From a virus, in the IMG/VR virus record IMGVR_UViG_3300035664_000006, positions 1 to 64,000 of that record: 64,000 nucleotides of DNA; one strand, 5' to 3'. The notes beneath the pieces are model-generated. The model was given only the letters and a program-made list of their open reading frames with translations, did not search any database and was not told the origin of the DNA. This document shows, one piece after another, positions 52,591-62,593 of this stretch. The position numbers and the translations under genes are program-made. Numbering within the stretch: the first letter of the stretch is position 1; every line of letters starts with the position of its first letter.

Positions 52591-52821
52591 TCAACGTTTT
52601 TTTGGTAGTGCTTCTTTTTGTAATTTTTTCTTTAGACGAGATTTTGCTGCACCTTTTGCTTTCTTTCTTGTAGTAGTTGGTTTTTCATAAGATTCTTTAG
52701 CACGTAAATCATCTAACTTACCACTTTCTTCTACTTTCTTTTTAAATTTTCTTAACGCTTGATTAATATTATCGCTTTCTTTTACTGTAATGCCAGTTCT
52801 AGTCTTCTGGTTGATTATCAT
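52591..52821 (-). CDS. rpsU: Ribosomal protein bS21
   Basis: ITVKESDNINQALRKFKKKVE..G...YEKPT..RK. Confidence 0.9.
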   Translation of the reverse strand: MIINQKTRTGITVKESDNINQALRKFKKKVEESGKLDDLRAKESYEKPTTTRKKAKGAAKSRLKKKLQKEALPKKR

Positions 52822-53285
52822 CTTCATCCTCATCGATTTCATTTTGCAGTTGATCTGCTATCCAATCTAAATTAAAAATCCTATTTTTAGAAATTAGATT
52901 GTATGGTGTTATTTCATTATTAGTAATGTAGTGAACATTTGGTTGTGCTAATAAAAAAGTAACGAATTCTCGTGTAATAGTATTACAATTATCAATATCA
53001 ATAATTACAACATCTACCATATGTGATACACTCAACAACCAATCAATATCGGTCTCATCGTTTTCATAAATGAAAACATTAAGATCATCAATGCTTTTAC
53101 TTAAAATTGATTGGAATTGTTGTTTAACGTGTAACGATGGACTTACCAAAAGGTAGCTTACACTTAGATTAAAAATTTTATCAGGTGGGGTTATTACAGT
53201 AATACGACCTAGTTGCATATATCCTTCTTATATAAGTTATCACCTAATAAACGTTTATTAGGTGATTTAGTTGTATATGTATTTA

Positions 53286-53750
53286 TTACCCAACGACATC
53301 TAATGATACTCTTTGTATACCATCGATTCCAATTGCTTTTGCTGCACCTTTTGACAAATCCATAATCCTATTTTTAACCCACGGGCCTCTGTCATTGATT
53401 TTAACAATCACAGATTTGTTGTTCTTCAAATTAGTAACTTTCACTTTACTATGAAGTGGGATAGTTCTATGTGCTGCTGTCATTGCGTTCTTGTTGAATA
53501 CTTCACCAGATGCAGTTTTACGACCATGGAATTGAGAACCATAAAATGATGCGATTCCTACCATATTATTTCTTTTTACTGGTTTGGTTTTTTTATATAT
53601 TACTTTTTTATCATTCTTGTTAGAATGTGTTTCATGTTTTTGAACAGCCTTTTTTACTACTGCATGATGAACATGTTTATGCTCTTTTGCTGAAGTAAGT
53701 GAAGGCATTAGACTAACTAATAAAGTTAGAATTATAAGTGAATTTTTCAT
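53286..53750 (-). CDS. RlpA-like (DPBB) lytic transglycosylase
   Basis: GIASFYG..TASGE..AAHRT..INDRGP..DLS. Confidence 0.9.
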   Translation of the reverse strand: MKNSLIILTLLVSLMPSLTSAKEHKHVHHAVVKKAVQKHETHSNKNDKKVIYKKTKPVKRNNMVGIASFYGSQFHGRKTASGEVFNKNAMTAAHRTIPLHSKVKVTNLKNNKSVIVKINDRGPWVKNRIMDLSKGAAKAIGIDGIQRVSLDVVG

Positions 53751-53799
53751 TTTTTCTCCTTTCACTTGGTGTATCCTTTAATAGCGATACATTACATTA

Positions 53800-53972
53800 A
53801 GGGAGATAACTGCCAAGGATTGTTAACCCTTATGTCACTGGCGTTTTCTCCATCCGCTATTCAACTGTCACTTGTAATAGCTTAGGCGAGTATGGCTTCC
53901 CGACCTTCGGGTTTCTTCATTGGCCAAGACTCGCGGGATCATTAAATAACTCATGATCCAACTATCTCAGTT
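53800..53972 (-). ncRNA. Structured 5' leader of the RlpA-like gene
   Basis: GAGATAGTTG/CAGTTATCTC closing stem with several internal hairpins. Confidence 0.5.
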
Positions 53973-55079
53973 TCTTTACGAAACGTATTGTATATATCAT
54001 TTTCCCTAATGCTTCGGTATAAAAATGATATATCACTAAGTATTTACTACTTAATGTACAACAATTATACTACTATATAATTAAATTGTCAACCCCACGA
54101 TAGGGTTATTTCATCAATTTTAGTAATATTGGAACGATTAAAGTCGAATGAACTAAAGTTCAGATATGATAATAATTTAGTCATCTCTTGTTCATCTACT
54201 TCTATTGATTGATCAGTTACCCAATTATTTGCTATTTTCAAATAATCAGGCATCTGATCAACAAGTTCTACATCTATTTCAAACGGTGTTTTTATTAGAA
54301 GTTTCATATTTTTCCAAATCTATGTAAAGTATTTACCTTACCTATAGAAATGTAAAAACTACTACATTTTATGTACAATGAATGCAGTCTTAATACCGTT
54401 GAACTGCAACGTTCTTGGATCAAATGCCAATTTGAGAACATGATAATTTGCTCTTAATCGCTGTTTAATTGTATCGAAGATTTCTTTAGATGTTTTTGAT
54501 TTACCTGATAATTGATCAGCTAATCGTTTTACATCTTCTTTATACAAAAGAACAGACGAGTTGTCATTTATATGGTTTTCAAGTTGTGCAAACAATTCAT
54601 TGATTTTTTCAGAACGCTTATCAGCTTCTAAAATGAATTCGTTATCTGAATATTGAATACCTGAACTTTTGCCTTTATTAAGGTTTAGTGGTGTTACGAA
54701 TACAACTGGTAATGATGCTAATTGCTTGGACATATTGGTTCCTAAAAATTGAAAGAGACTTTATTATAAAATAATGGTTGATGTTTGTCAACAACTCATA
54801 CAATAATACTAGTAGTAGCTTTAGTATAAGAACTTGCAAATTCTTTTTCAGTTGGTTCTGCTACAACAACAGTGGACCGAAAGATTTTCAAATCCCTACT
54901 AGGATCAACTGTGAATACAAATGGAACCATTCCGATCCCACCATCTGCACTTGTTAATGCTCTTGGTTTTGAAACTTTTAAATAATCAGATCTTTCTTCT
55001 ACCAATGTTCCTAAGATTTCTTCACCTGATGTTAATTTAATGGTGATTACTTCACCAATTGATAATCCTTTATCGATAA

Positions 55080-55382
55080 TCATACTGCCTCTTGTAAGTA
55101 TTGTCTTAATTCTGTAAATCCGCCAATGTAATTACCATCAACAAAAATTTGTGGAACTGCTCTTGCAGTTGGAACTGCTTCTAATAAATCTTCACGAGAC
55201 CACTTGTCGCCTGAAATATTTCTTTCTTCGTATTCATATCCTTTCATTCGTAACAAAGCTTTGGCTTGATCACAGAAAGTACACAGATCCTTGGACCATA
55301 CAATAGCTACATTGGTAGTTGATGGTTTGGTGAGAAATCCTTCTGCATTTACAATATAATCTTCTGGAACTTTCCCTGTCAT
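55080..55382 (-). CDS. Glutaredoxin
   Basis: CTFC, VPQIF, IGGF. Confidence 0.9.
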   Translation of the reverse strand: MTGKVPEDYIVNAEGFLTKPSTTNVAIVWSKDLCTFCDQAKALLRMKGYEYEERNISGDKWSREDLLEAVPTARAVPQIFVDGNYIGGFTELRQYLQEAV

Positions 55383-55546
55383 ATTATGCTTTCTCGACTT
55401 CTACAATTACAGTACTGCCAACTAATTCTTGAACAATTGATTCTACTGTTGCTTCGAACTCGTCGCCTACTAATGGTGCAACTGCATCACCTTTGATTAA
55501 TTTGCTTAATTTAATTACTACTACTTCTTCTTGAATTTGTGCCATT

Positions 55547-55989
55547 TTATTTTCCTATACTATATGTTTGTTGGAATATGTCTTTTTTGACAACTCCGTA
55601 ATCATTCTCACCATGTCTAACGATTACATCTTCTTTTGCTTTATAATGCAACGGTTCACCCCATGATGTGTCTACAACTCCATCATGATCGGCTAACTTT
55701 GCAATTTTAATGATTTTCTTTGGAACACATGTGCCATCACCATTATCATCTTTCAATTCATTGAATTTTTCAGGAGGCATACTATATTGTTCACCTTTCG
55801 GTCCAGTGAGAATATACCATCCTTTTTTATAATGTTGTGGTTTTCCATTACTTTCTAAGGTATCAATGGTTCCAGGTTTATCGGCAATTTCATAGTGTTC
55901 TGGATTGCCTTTTTTATAAGTTTCAAATGCACCGGTTTTAAACCAATTATCGGTGATACCTTCTGAAACTATATTAATTAAATCTCTCA
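55547..55989 (-). CDS. Hypothetical protein
   Basis: Start MRDLINIVSE; internal duplication-like domains. Confidence 0.6.
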
Positions 55990-56111
55990 TAATTATCCTT
56001 ATCAACTGATTGGAATATGATTATACACCATATTCCAACTGTTGTCAATTACTTATGCATTTTTAACTGCATTAATCTTTGCTTTTTCTAACAAATAACT
56101 CATAATTTACC

Positions 56112-57224
56112 TCATATGGTTGGTAGTGCATCGTAGTCAAGTTCATCACTCATCGCTCCGATGATATAATTTGTGCTTTCTGACTCTTGCAAAGCGGTTT
56201 GTTTTTTACTGCTGTCGCTATGCTTATTAAACCATGGGATCGGTGTAGTTTTAGGTGCAGTGCCTTGATACTTAATACCAATTTCTTTTAGTGCACCAAC
56301 TGCGGTATAATCAACAAAATCTTTTAAAATATTGGCATTTAACCCGATGACTGGTCCTTTCATAAACAAGTAATCAGCCCACGCCTTTTCTTCTCTAATA
56401 ACTGACTCATAAATCCCATATACTTCACGTTCTAATCTTACCTTGGCTGCCGCAAATCTTGGATCATCTTTAACTACTTGGTTGATCAAGTAAGCAGTCC
56501 AATCTTTATGCAACAACTCGTCTTGTAAAATTAATGCAATGATATTGCCATTACCGATGAATAGTTTATTTTCAACCATTGCTAAACTGGTGGCAAATGA
56601 AACCATAAACCTAAATGCTTCTAGTGCATAACTGGCATGTAAAGCCAACCAAATATGATCTATATGAGTATCTTCATTATAGATGAAACTGATAGTATCT
56701 TTAACTTCTGTTAGACAGTTATATACATGTAATCTATTATAATATTTACCAACACTCGATGCCATATCGATAATTTCTTTTGTATCATGAATGGTATTAA
56801 ATACTTCTTTTGGTACATTATAGATATTACGAATGATATGACTATAACTACGGCTATGAATATTTGTTTCAAACATAGACCATATAGACATAAGTGCTTC
56901 TACTTCTGGTAAGCTAGAAACTGGACCAAAAATTTGAATCGGTGCTCTTCCTTGCAAACTATCTAAAGCAGTTTGTCTTAACAAATTACTAGTGAATATA
57001 TGTTTAACCGCATCACTAGCATCTTTAAAATCATTTGCATCTTTACTCAATGAAATTTCTTCTGGAATCCAGTAAAACCCCCGTTGAGTTTGTTCAAATT
57101 TTGCTATTTTATTATATTTTGTTTCTTCAAACCGTTGAATAGTTACTGGCCCTGCTGGGTCAAGGAACATTTTACGATTTAAATAATCCGTTTGTGTTTT
57201 TAAGTTATATTGCTGTTCTGACAT
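56112..57224 (-). CDS. nrdB: Ribonucleotide reductase Ia beta subunit
   Basis: WIPEE, ETNIHSRSY, DELLH. Confidence 0.95.
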   Translation of the reverse strand: MSEQQYNLKTQTDYLNRKMFLDPAGPVTIQRFEETKYNKIAKFEQTQRGFYWIPEEISLSKDANDFKDASDAVKHIFTSNLLRQTALDSLQGRAPIQIFGPVSSLPEVEALMSIWSMFETNIHSRSYSHIIRNIYNVPKEVFNTIHDTKEIIDMASSVGKYYNRLHVYNCLTEVKDTISFIYNEDTHIDHIWLALHASYALEAFRFMVSFATSLAMVENKLFIGNGNIIALILQDELLHKDWTAYLINQVVKDDPRFAAAKVRLEREVYGIYESVIREEKAWADYLFMKGPVIGLNANILKDFVDYTAVGALKEIGIKYQGTAPKTTPIPWFNKHSDSSKKQTALQESESTNYIIGAMSDELDYDALPTI

Positions 57225-57634
57225 TCCTTGTCCTTATTCGTCTGGTAATCTTCTTTCGTGATAAATTACTAATGCATCTTCTAGTAATTCGATTTGTTTT
57301 TCGATCCTCCATTTTACTAGAGGATCGGTTTCTGTTTCTAATTTTTGTTTTAAGTGTTCGATATTGGCATCCATGCATTTACCTTTATCAATTTTTTAAT
57401 ACCTGGAACACGTCTAATTAAGAATACTTTTCTACATGGTCCTTCTTTCTTAATGAAATCGTGTGCATCAACATAATTCACAGTTTTCGTAAAAGGTGAC
57501 TCTAATCTGATATACCAACCCCATGGTTCCATATTAAATTTGATATTTTTTCCAATACTTAATAATGTATTAGAGCTATATGGATCGCCATCGATATGTG
57601 TTTCTATTTTAAATATTTTCATTATTTCCTTCTT

Positions 57635-58597
57635 TTATAATTTGCAAGATTCGCAATAACTTTCATCATCTTCATTGATACCACTTGGTAATTCAACTTC
57701 ATCTTCTGATTTTGAACCAGCTTTATCTATAAGTGAGTAATAAAAACCTTTTAATCCCCACTTATGTCCTAACATCAAATTCTTCGCAATTAATGTTCCT
57801 GGTACTTTTCTATCTGGAAAGTGTTTAGGCGAATAAAATGAATTTACACTGATTGATTGGTCAACATATGCTGCTAATACCGCTGCAGTTTTTAAATACC
57901 CGATGCAATCAGTTTGTTCCCACATTAACTGATATTTGTTTTTCAGTTTATGGTATTCTGGAACAACTTGTGTTAATGATGCGGCTTTTGATTCTTTAGT
58001 TTGAATTAACTGCATTGGCATTTCAATACCATTGGTGCTATTAATAACAACCGAACTAGATTCAACAGGAGCAATTGCCATTTGTGTAGCATTACGAACA
58101 CCGCTAACTTTCATTCTTTCACGTAATTGTTCCCAAGGCAGTTCTGGCGTAAAATCGGTTAATTCATTTACACCTTCTGCACGTAGTTCCCACGGGAATA
58201 TACCTTGACCATATCGGGTTTTTGCACTATCTAAACATGGTCCACGTTCTTCTGCTAATTCAACACTAGATTCAGTTAAGTAGAATGCCTGGTGTTCCAT
58301 AAAAGATTTAACTTCGGCTAACATTTCAGGCTCACCGTATTTCAACCCGCGTTTAGCAGCCCAGTATGCTAAATTAGTAACGCCAATCCCAATAGGACGA
58401 ATTTCATCGTTTGATAGTTTAGAGTGGATTGACAAGAAGTCTTGATAATCTAAGATATTGTTCAGGCTACGATGAAGGATACGGCAAGCTCTACGCATAT
58501 CTTCTGGATTTCTGCAATTACCCCAATTGATTGAACCTAAGGTACACAGTGCTATTTTTGGAACTTTTCTAGTGCATTCTTTTTTAATTATTCTCAT
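57635..58597 (-). CDS. nrdA: NrdA C-terminal piece
   Basis: IALCTLGSIN, GVRNAT..AIAP, DQSIS, FYYS, C-terminal CESC. Confidence 0.92.
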   Translation of the reverse strand: MRIIKKECTRKVPKIALCTLGSINWGNCRNPEDMRRACRILHRSLNNILDYQDFLSIHSKLSNDEIRPIGIGVTNLAYWAAKRGLKYGEPEMLAEVKSFMEHQAFYLTESSVELAEERGPCLDSAKTRYGQGIFPWELRAEGVNELTDFTPELPWEQLRERMKVSGVRNATQMAIAPVESSSVVINSTNGIEMPMQLIQTKESKAASLTQVVPEYHKLKNKYQLMWEQTDCIGYLKTAAVLAAYVDQSISVNSFYSPKHFPDRKVPGTLIAKNLMLGHKWGLKGFYYSLIDKAGSKSEDEVELPSGINEDDESYCESCKL

Positions 58598-59291
58598 TTC
58601 TATTTCCATATAATTTACAATTATCAAAATGATATTGAGTCATTTTACTGATCCCACCTGTTTTATTACAATGTGGGCATGTTACTTTTTTCATCGGCTT
58701 GCCTGTTTTAGAATTAGACATATTGATATTATTTTTTAATCTTAATTCAGGCGATTGTTCGTGTTTAAGCCATTTTTTAAAATTTGATATACTTATTTCT
58801 TTTCTATCTATAATTCTGCATACTGTTGGTTGTTTTCTTCCTTTAAGAGAAATACTAGTTTTAATGTTTGGAATACCTTTACGTGGACTAGGTTTTCCTT
58901 TATTATATGGTGATTTTCCTTTTCTAGCGATAGACACACCTAGGTTTGGAATACCTTTACGTGGACTAGGTTTTCCTTTATTGTGAGAAATAAAACTTAT
59001 CCCTAATGTTGTAAACTTACCGTCACCATTATGCATGTTATAACTTCGTATATCATTTTTGGCATCTAAAAGCGTTAAAAGCTCTGTTTCTAAATTAACC
59101 ATATCGATAGGTTCACCAATTGCTAAAATCGTTCTCCCCCATTCATCATAATTTTTCTTAATCAATGGTTTTACAATTTTACTAGAACATATATAACCAT
59201 AATGTGGGTGACAATTTTTTCTAGTGCGTGACCCTAAGTACCATCTTAGGGATACTTTATTCTTCCAAATATATACAAATGCTTGGCTCAT
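58584..59291 (-). mobile_element. Seg-like homing endonuclease in nrdA
   Basis: FVYIW...WYLGSR...YICSS; NKGKPSPRKG repeats. Confidence 0.85.
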
Positions 59292-60322
59292 AATAATAAA
59301 TCTGTAATATCATCATCTTCTGTCAATTCCCTAACTTTCTTCATATCACCGTTAGACAATAAAACCTTGTGTTGCCCTGGAATTAATACTTCAGTACCAT
59401 CGTCTAAACTAAGTTTAAACTCTCCTTCATCATCTAATGATTTTAATGGAACTGTTGGCAAATTTATCTCTAAACATAAATTTGATTGGTATATTGTGTG
59501 ATGTTCTGGATCAAATGGTCCTTGCTTCATTACATTATCAATGAACACTAAGTAGATTCTACCGGTATCAGTTCTTTCTTTTAGAATACCACCTTTGAAT
59601 ACTTCTTCAGCACTCATTGTTTTTTTACGTAAGTCTTTACGTTTTTCGTATTTTACGTAGAGTTCTTCAAATTTTGTGGTATTTTGATAGAATGCTTCGT
59701 ATAAATCTGGTACTTCATTCGGATCAAAGAAAGTAATGTTTCCTTTATCCTTAAAACGTCTCCAAAAGAATGCTGATAATACAACACCATAATCCATATG
59801 GCGAACACGAGTTTCTTCAGTTCCTTGATTGTTTTTAAGTACAATCAGGTCATCGAATTGATAATGCCAAATTGGGTAAAATACTGTTGCCGATGCATTT
59901 CTAACACCACCTTGCGAGTTATGTGTTAATACCATTTGACTTTCTTTACTGGCAGATGCAAAGAAAGTATGAGTATCCTCTACTGTGATATCGATATAAT
60001 TCTCGTCATTGTTTTGGTCAAAATCAGCTACTAATAATCTAGTGAACCCAACTTCAGTGAGAATACGGTCATCATTAGTAAGGTCTTTCGGTTTCTTCTG
60101 TAGGAATTCTCCAGAGTCACTCCACACCATAATTGGATGATTTACCGAACAGTTTAATACCACGCCGTTTTCGAACTCTAACCGAACTTGGTCTTCGGAT
60201 TGCACAACTGTATTCCATTTATCGGTTACTGTCTTAAAGACGATATCGCCTTGCTCGTTTTTAGTTTTAATTTTCATACCTACTGTCAGGTCTTTAATTT
60301 GAATTTTTTTAGTTTTTACCAT
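59288..60322 (-). CDS. nrdA: Split-intein C part + NrdA middle piece + Hint-like tail
   Basis: ...NHP...YIDITV...THN|SQGGVRNA...QSNLCLEI. Confidence 0.9.
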   Translation of the reverse strand: MVKTKKIQIKDLTVGMKIKTKNEQGDIVFKTVTDKWNTVVQSEDQVRLEFENGVVLNCSVNHPIMVWSDSGEFLQKKPKDLTNDDRILTEVGFTRLLVADFDQNNDENYIDITVEDTHTFFASASKESQMVLTHNSQGGVRNASATVFYPIWHYQFDDLIVLKNNQGTEETRVRHMDYGVVLSAFFWRRFKDKGNITFFDPNEVPDLYEAFYQNTTKFEELYVKYEKRKDLRKKTMSAEEVFKGGILKERTDTGRIYLVFIDNVMKQGPFDPEHHTIYQSNLCLEINLPTVPLKSLDDEGEFKLSLDDGTEVLIPGQHKVLLSNGDMKKVRELTEDDDITDLLL

Positions 60323-61403
60323 TTTTGTGTTCTTCTTTTGTAATTATTTCAATGTCGTTAAATTTTGAGGACATATTATATTGACTAACTTTTAATACTG
60401 TTCTTCCTCTAGTTTCTCTGTAGTATTTGTCCAATAAATCTTTTGACTTAAAAAAAATACCATCTACTTTATAAAAAACTTTGGTTGATGGGTTGGCATA
60501 GTTAGCAAAATTGGTTTGATATTCTTCTTTGCTTATAGTTATGACCTTTCGGTCAATAAGAGAATAGACTACAACATTTCCAGTATTATGATGCTTATGC
60601 AAATCCTTATTATACGTTTCTTTTTTGATAAGTTTTTTCTCACCAGTAACTCTGTCTATTACTGAAATTTCGCCAAACGTATGTCCAACGTATCTACCAT
60701 TTGAATTATGAAACTCATGATGGGGTACTGTAACTCGCCTACCAGTAATAGTATCGTAGGCTACTATTTTACCTTTAGTAATACCAACATATTTTGGATT
60801 AGAATAAAAAATAGTTTTTGATATTCTGCAAGTATTTCCGGTAGACGTATCTAGTGCCAGTACATAGTCTTTAAATTCAGTAGTATGTGTATTAGGATTA
60901 CAATCTTTAACATAAATCTTTTTAATTCCAGTGTCGGTCCTGATATTCATCATGCCTTTTGACACATGTAGATGTCTTCCAGTAGCAAATTCTTCTACGG
61001 TTACTCGATAAGTATTTCCATTAGAATCTTTACACAAGACAGTACCTGCACCGCAATTGGTTCCACCTGCGCTGATAGAATTTATAAAAAGCGGATTCTT
61101 CCCAACTTGATGCTTTTTGTGAAAAAGTTTTTCTGCTTCAAATGCCAATACTCTTGTATTAAAATATTCTATCTTATATTTAAACAACTCAGGATGTTCT
61201 TTTAATTTTTGGACAAAATCAATTGTAGTTGAGCTAGTAAAATATTTTATTAGTAAGTCATGTTCGTTACTTCCCTCAACTCCACGAGAACCAGAATAAA
61301 ACTTTCCAGTTTCGATGTCATTAAGTGTATAACAGTAATAAGTTGAATTTGTTAGCATATTTGTTAAAGATCCGTTATATGATTCTTGTAGATAATTTAG
61401 CAT
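60309..61403 (-). mobile_element. Seg-like homing endonuclease in nrdA
   Basis: YCY...FYSGSR...YFTSS. Confidence 0.8.
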
Positions 61404-61447
61404 TTCTCATACCTCCATTATTATTTATGCTGGTATGAGAAAAACTG

Positions 61448-62407
61448 TTATTTATTGTTGGAATCGTACTCGTCTAAAACTTCAACCCAAGTTTCTGGAG
61501 TAACACAACAGGATCTAAGATCACCAAACCATTTTTTAAGGAATGGAATGAATCCGGTATGCATAATTTCACCATTTCTAATAGGTGAACCTAGTGGGCG
61601 CAATCTACCAACTTCTAAGCCTATGCCAGCACGTTTACTGGCATATTTTGCCATCATTTCGCCAGAAGCAAATATAGAGTCAAGATCGTCATCGCTCCGT
61701 ATAAGGACGCAGCTAGAAAATTGTTTTGTTGGAGTTCCAAGCCCAGCAAGAACAGGAGTAGCAAGAGTGAATAGACCATCGGACGCAGCATTATAATATT
61801 CCTTTATGTATTTCATTCTAGCAGAATTTGGTTCTTCTTTATGAAAGACCGTAGCTGCCGCAACCATATATCTAACTTGTGGAGTTTCGTATACTTCTTT
61901 GGTAGCACGATTTCTTAATAGATATTTTTCTATTAATTGTTCAATTGCTGCATAGGAATATTGTTCGTCTTTATCATGGTCAATGAACGAGTCCATTTTA
62001 TTCCATTCATCTTCTGCATACCAATCTAGAAGTTCTGGAGTATAAAGTCCTATTTCTATGTTTTTCTTTACGATGTCATAAAGTTTTGGTGGTTGATATT
62101 GTCCATATACATCTTTACGAAGCATTGACAACCGTTGTTTACCAGCCACATATTGATAATTTGTATGTCCGATATCAGGATTGGCTTCTATGTCAATAAG
62201 ATTAACTATTGCACGTAATGTAATTTCATCGATTTCTTTGGTCGTAATGCCATCATAATAATGCGGTTGACTTTCGATTTCAATCATTGACTGGCTAACA
62301 TCAGCGATACCGCTACATACTTTAGCGATTTGATGCTGCCATTTTTCTAGGTTTAATGGTTCTTTAGTACCATTTCTTTTGATTACTGTTATTTTATTCA
62401 TATCCAT
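61448..62407 (-). CDS. nrdA: NrdA N-terminal piece + 19-aa N-intein
   Basis: ATP cone VIKRNG, QFSSC, ...DLRSC|CVTPETWVEVLDEYDSNNK. Confidence 0.92.
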   Translation of the reverse strand: MDMNKITVIKRNGTKEPLNLEKWQHQIAKVCSGIADVSQSMIEIESQPHYYDGITTKEIDEITLRAIVNLIDIEANPDIGHTNYQYVAGKQRLSMLRKDVYGQYQPPKLYDIVKKNIEIGLYTPELLDWYAEDEWNKMDSFIDHDKDEQYSYAAIEQLIEKYLLRNRATKEVYETPQVRYMVAAATVFHKEEPNSARMKYIKEYYNAASDGLFTLATPVLAGLGTPTKQFSSCVLIRSDDDLDSIFASGEMMAKYASKRAGIGLEVGRLRPLGSPIRNGEIMHTGFIPFLKKWFGDLRSCCVTPETWVEVLDEYDSNNK

Positions 62408-62593
62408 ATGATGTGTACTCTCAATCCGTATTACTATATTAATTCTGTTTAGGTAGTATTTAGTGGGTTGGATTGATGTGTGAAAAATTTTGTAAGTCAT
62501 TGAAATAGAACAGAATCTTATAAAAAGACGCTGTACTATTCAATGAATTATAGATATTATACACTGCATAACAAGAAATGTCTAGTGAAATTT

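Noticed and set aside
58584-61447. Group I introns in nrdA
   Set aside because: Endonuclease ORFs abut or overlap the nrdA pieces, leaving no room for an intron core; intein motifs explain the first junction.
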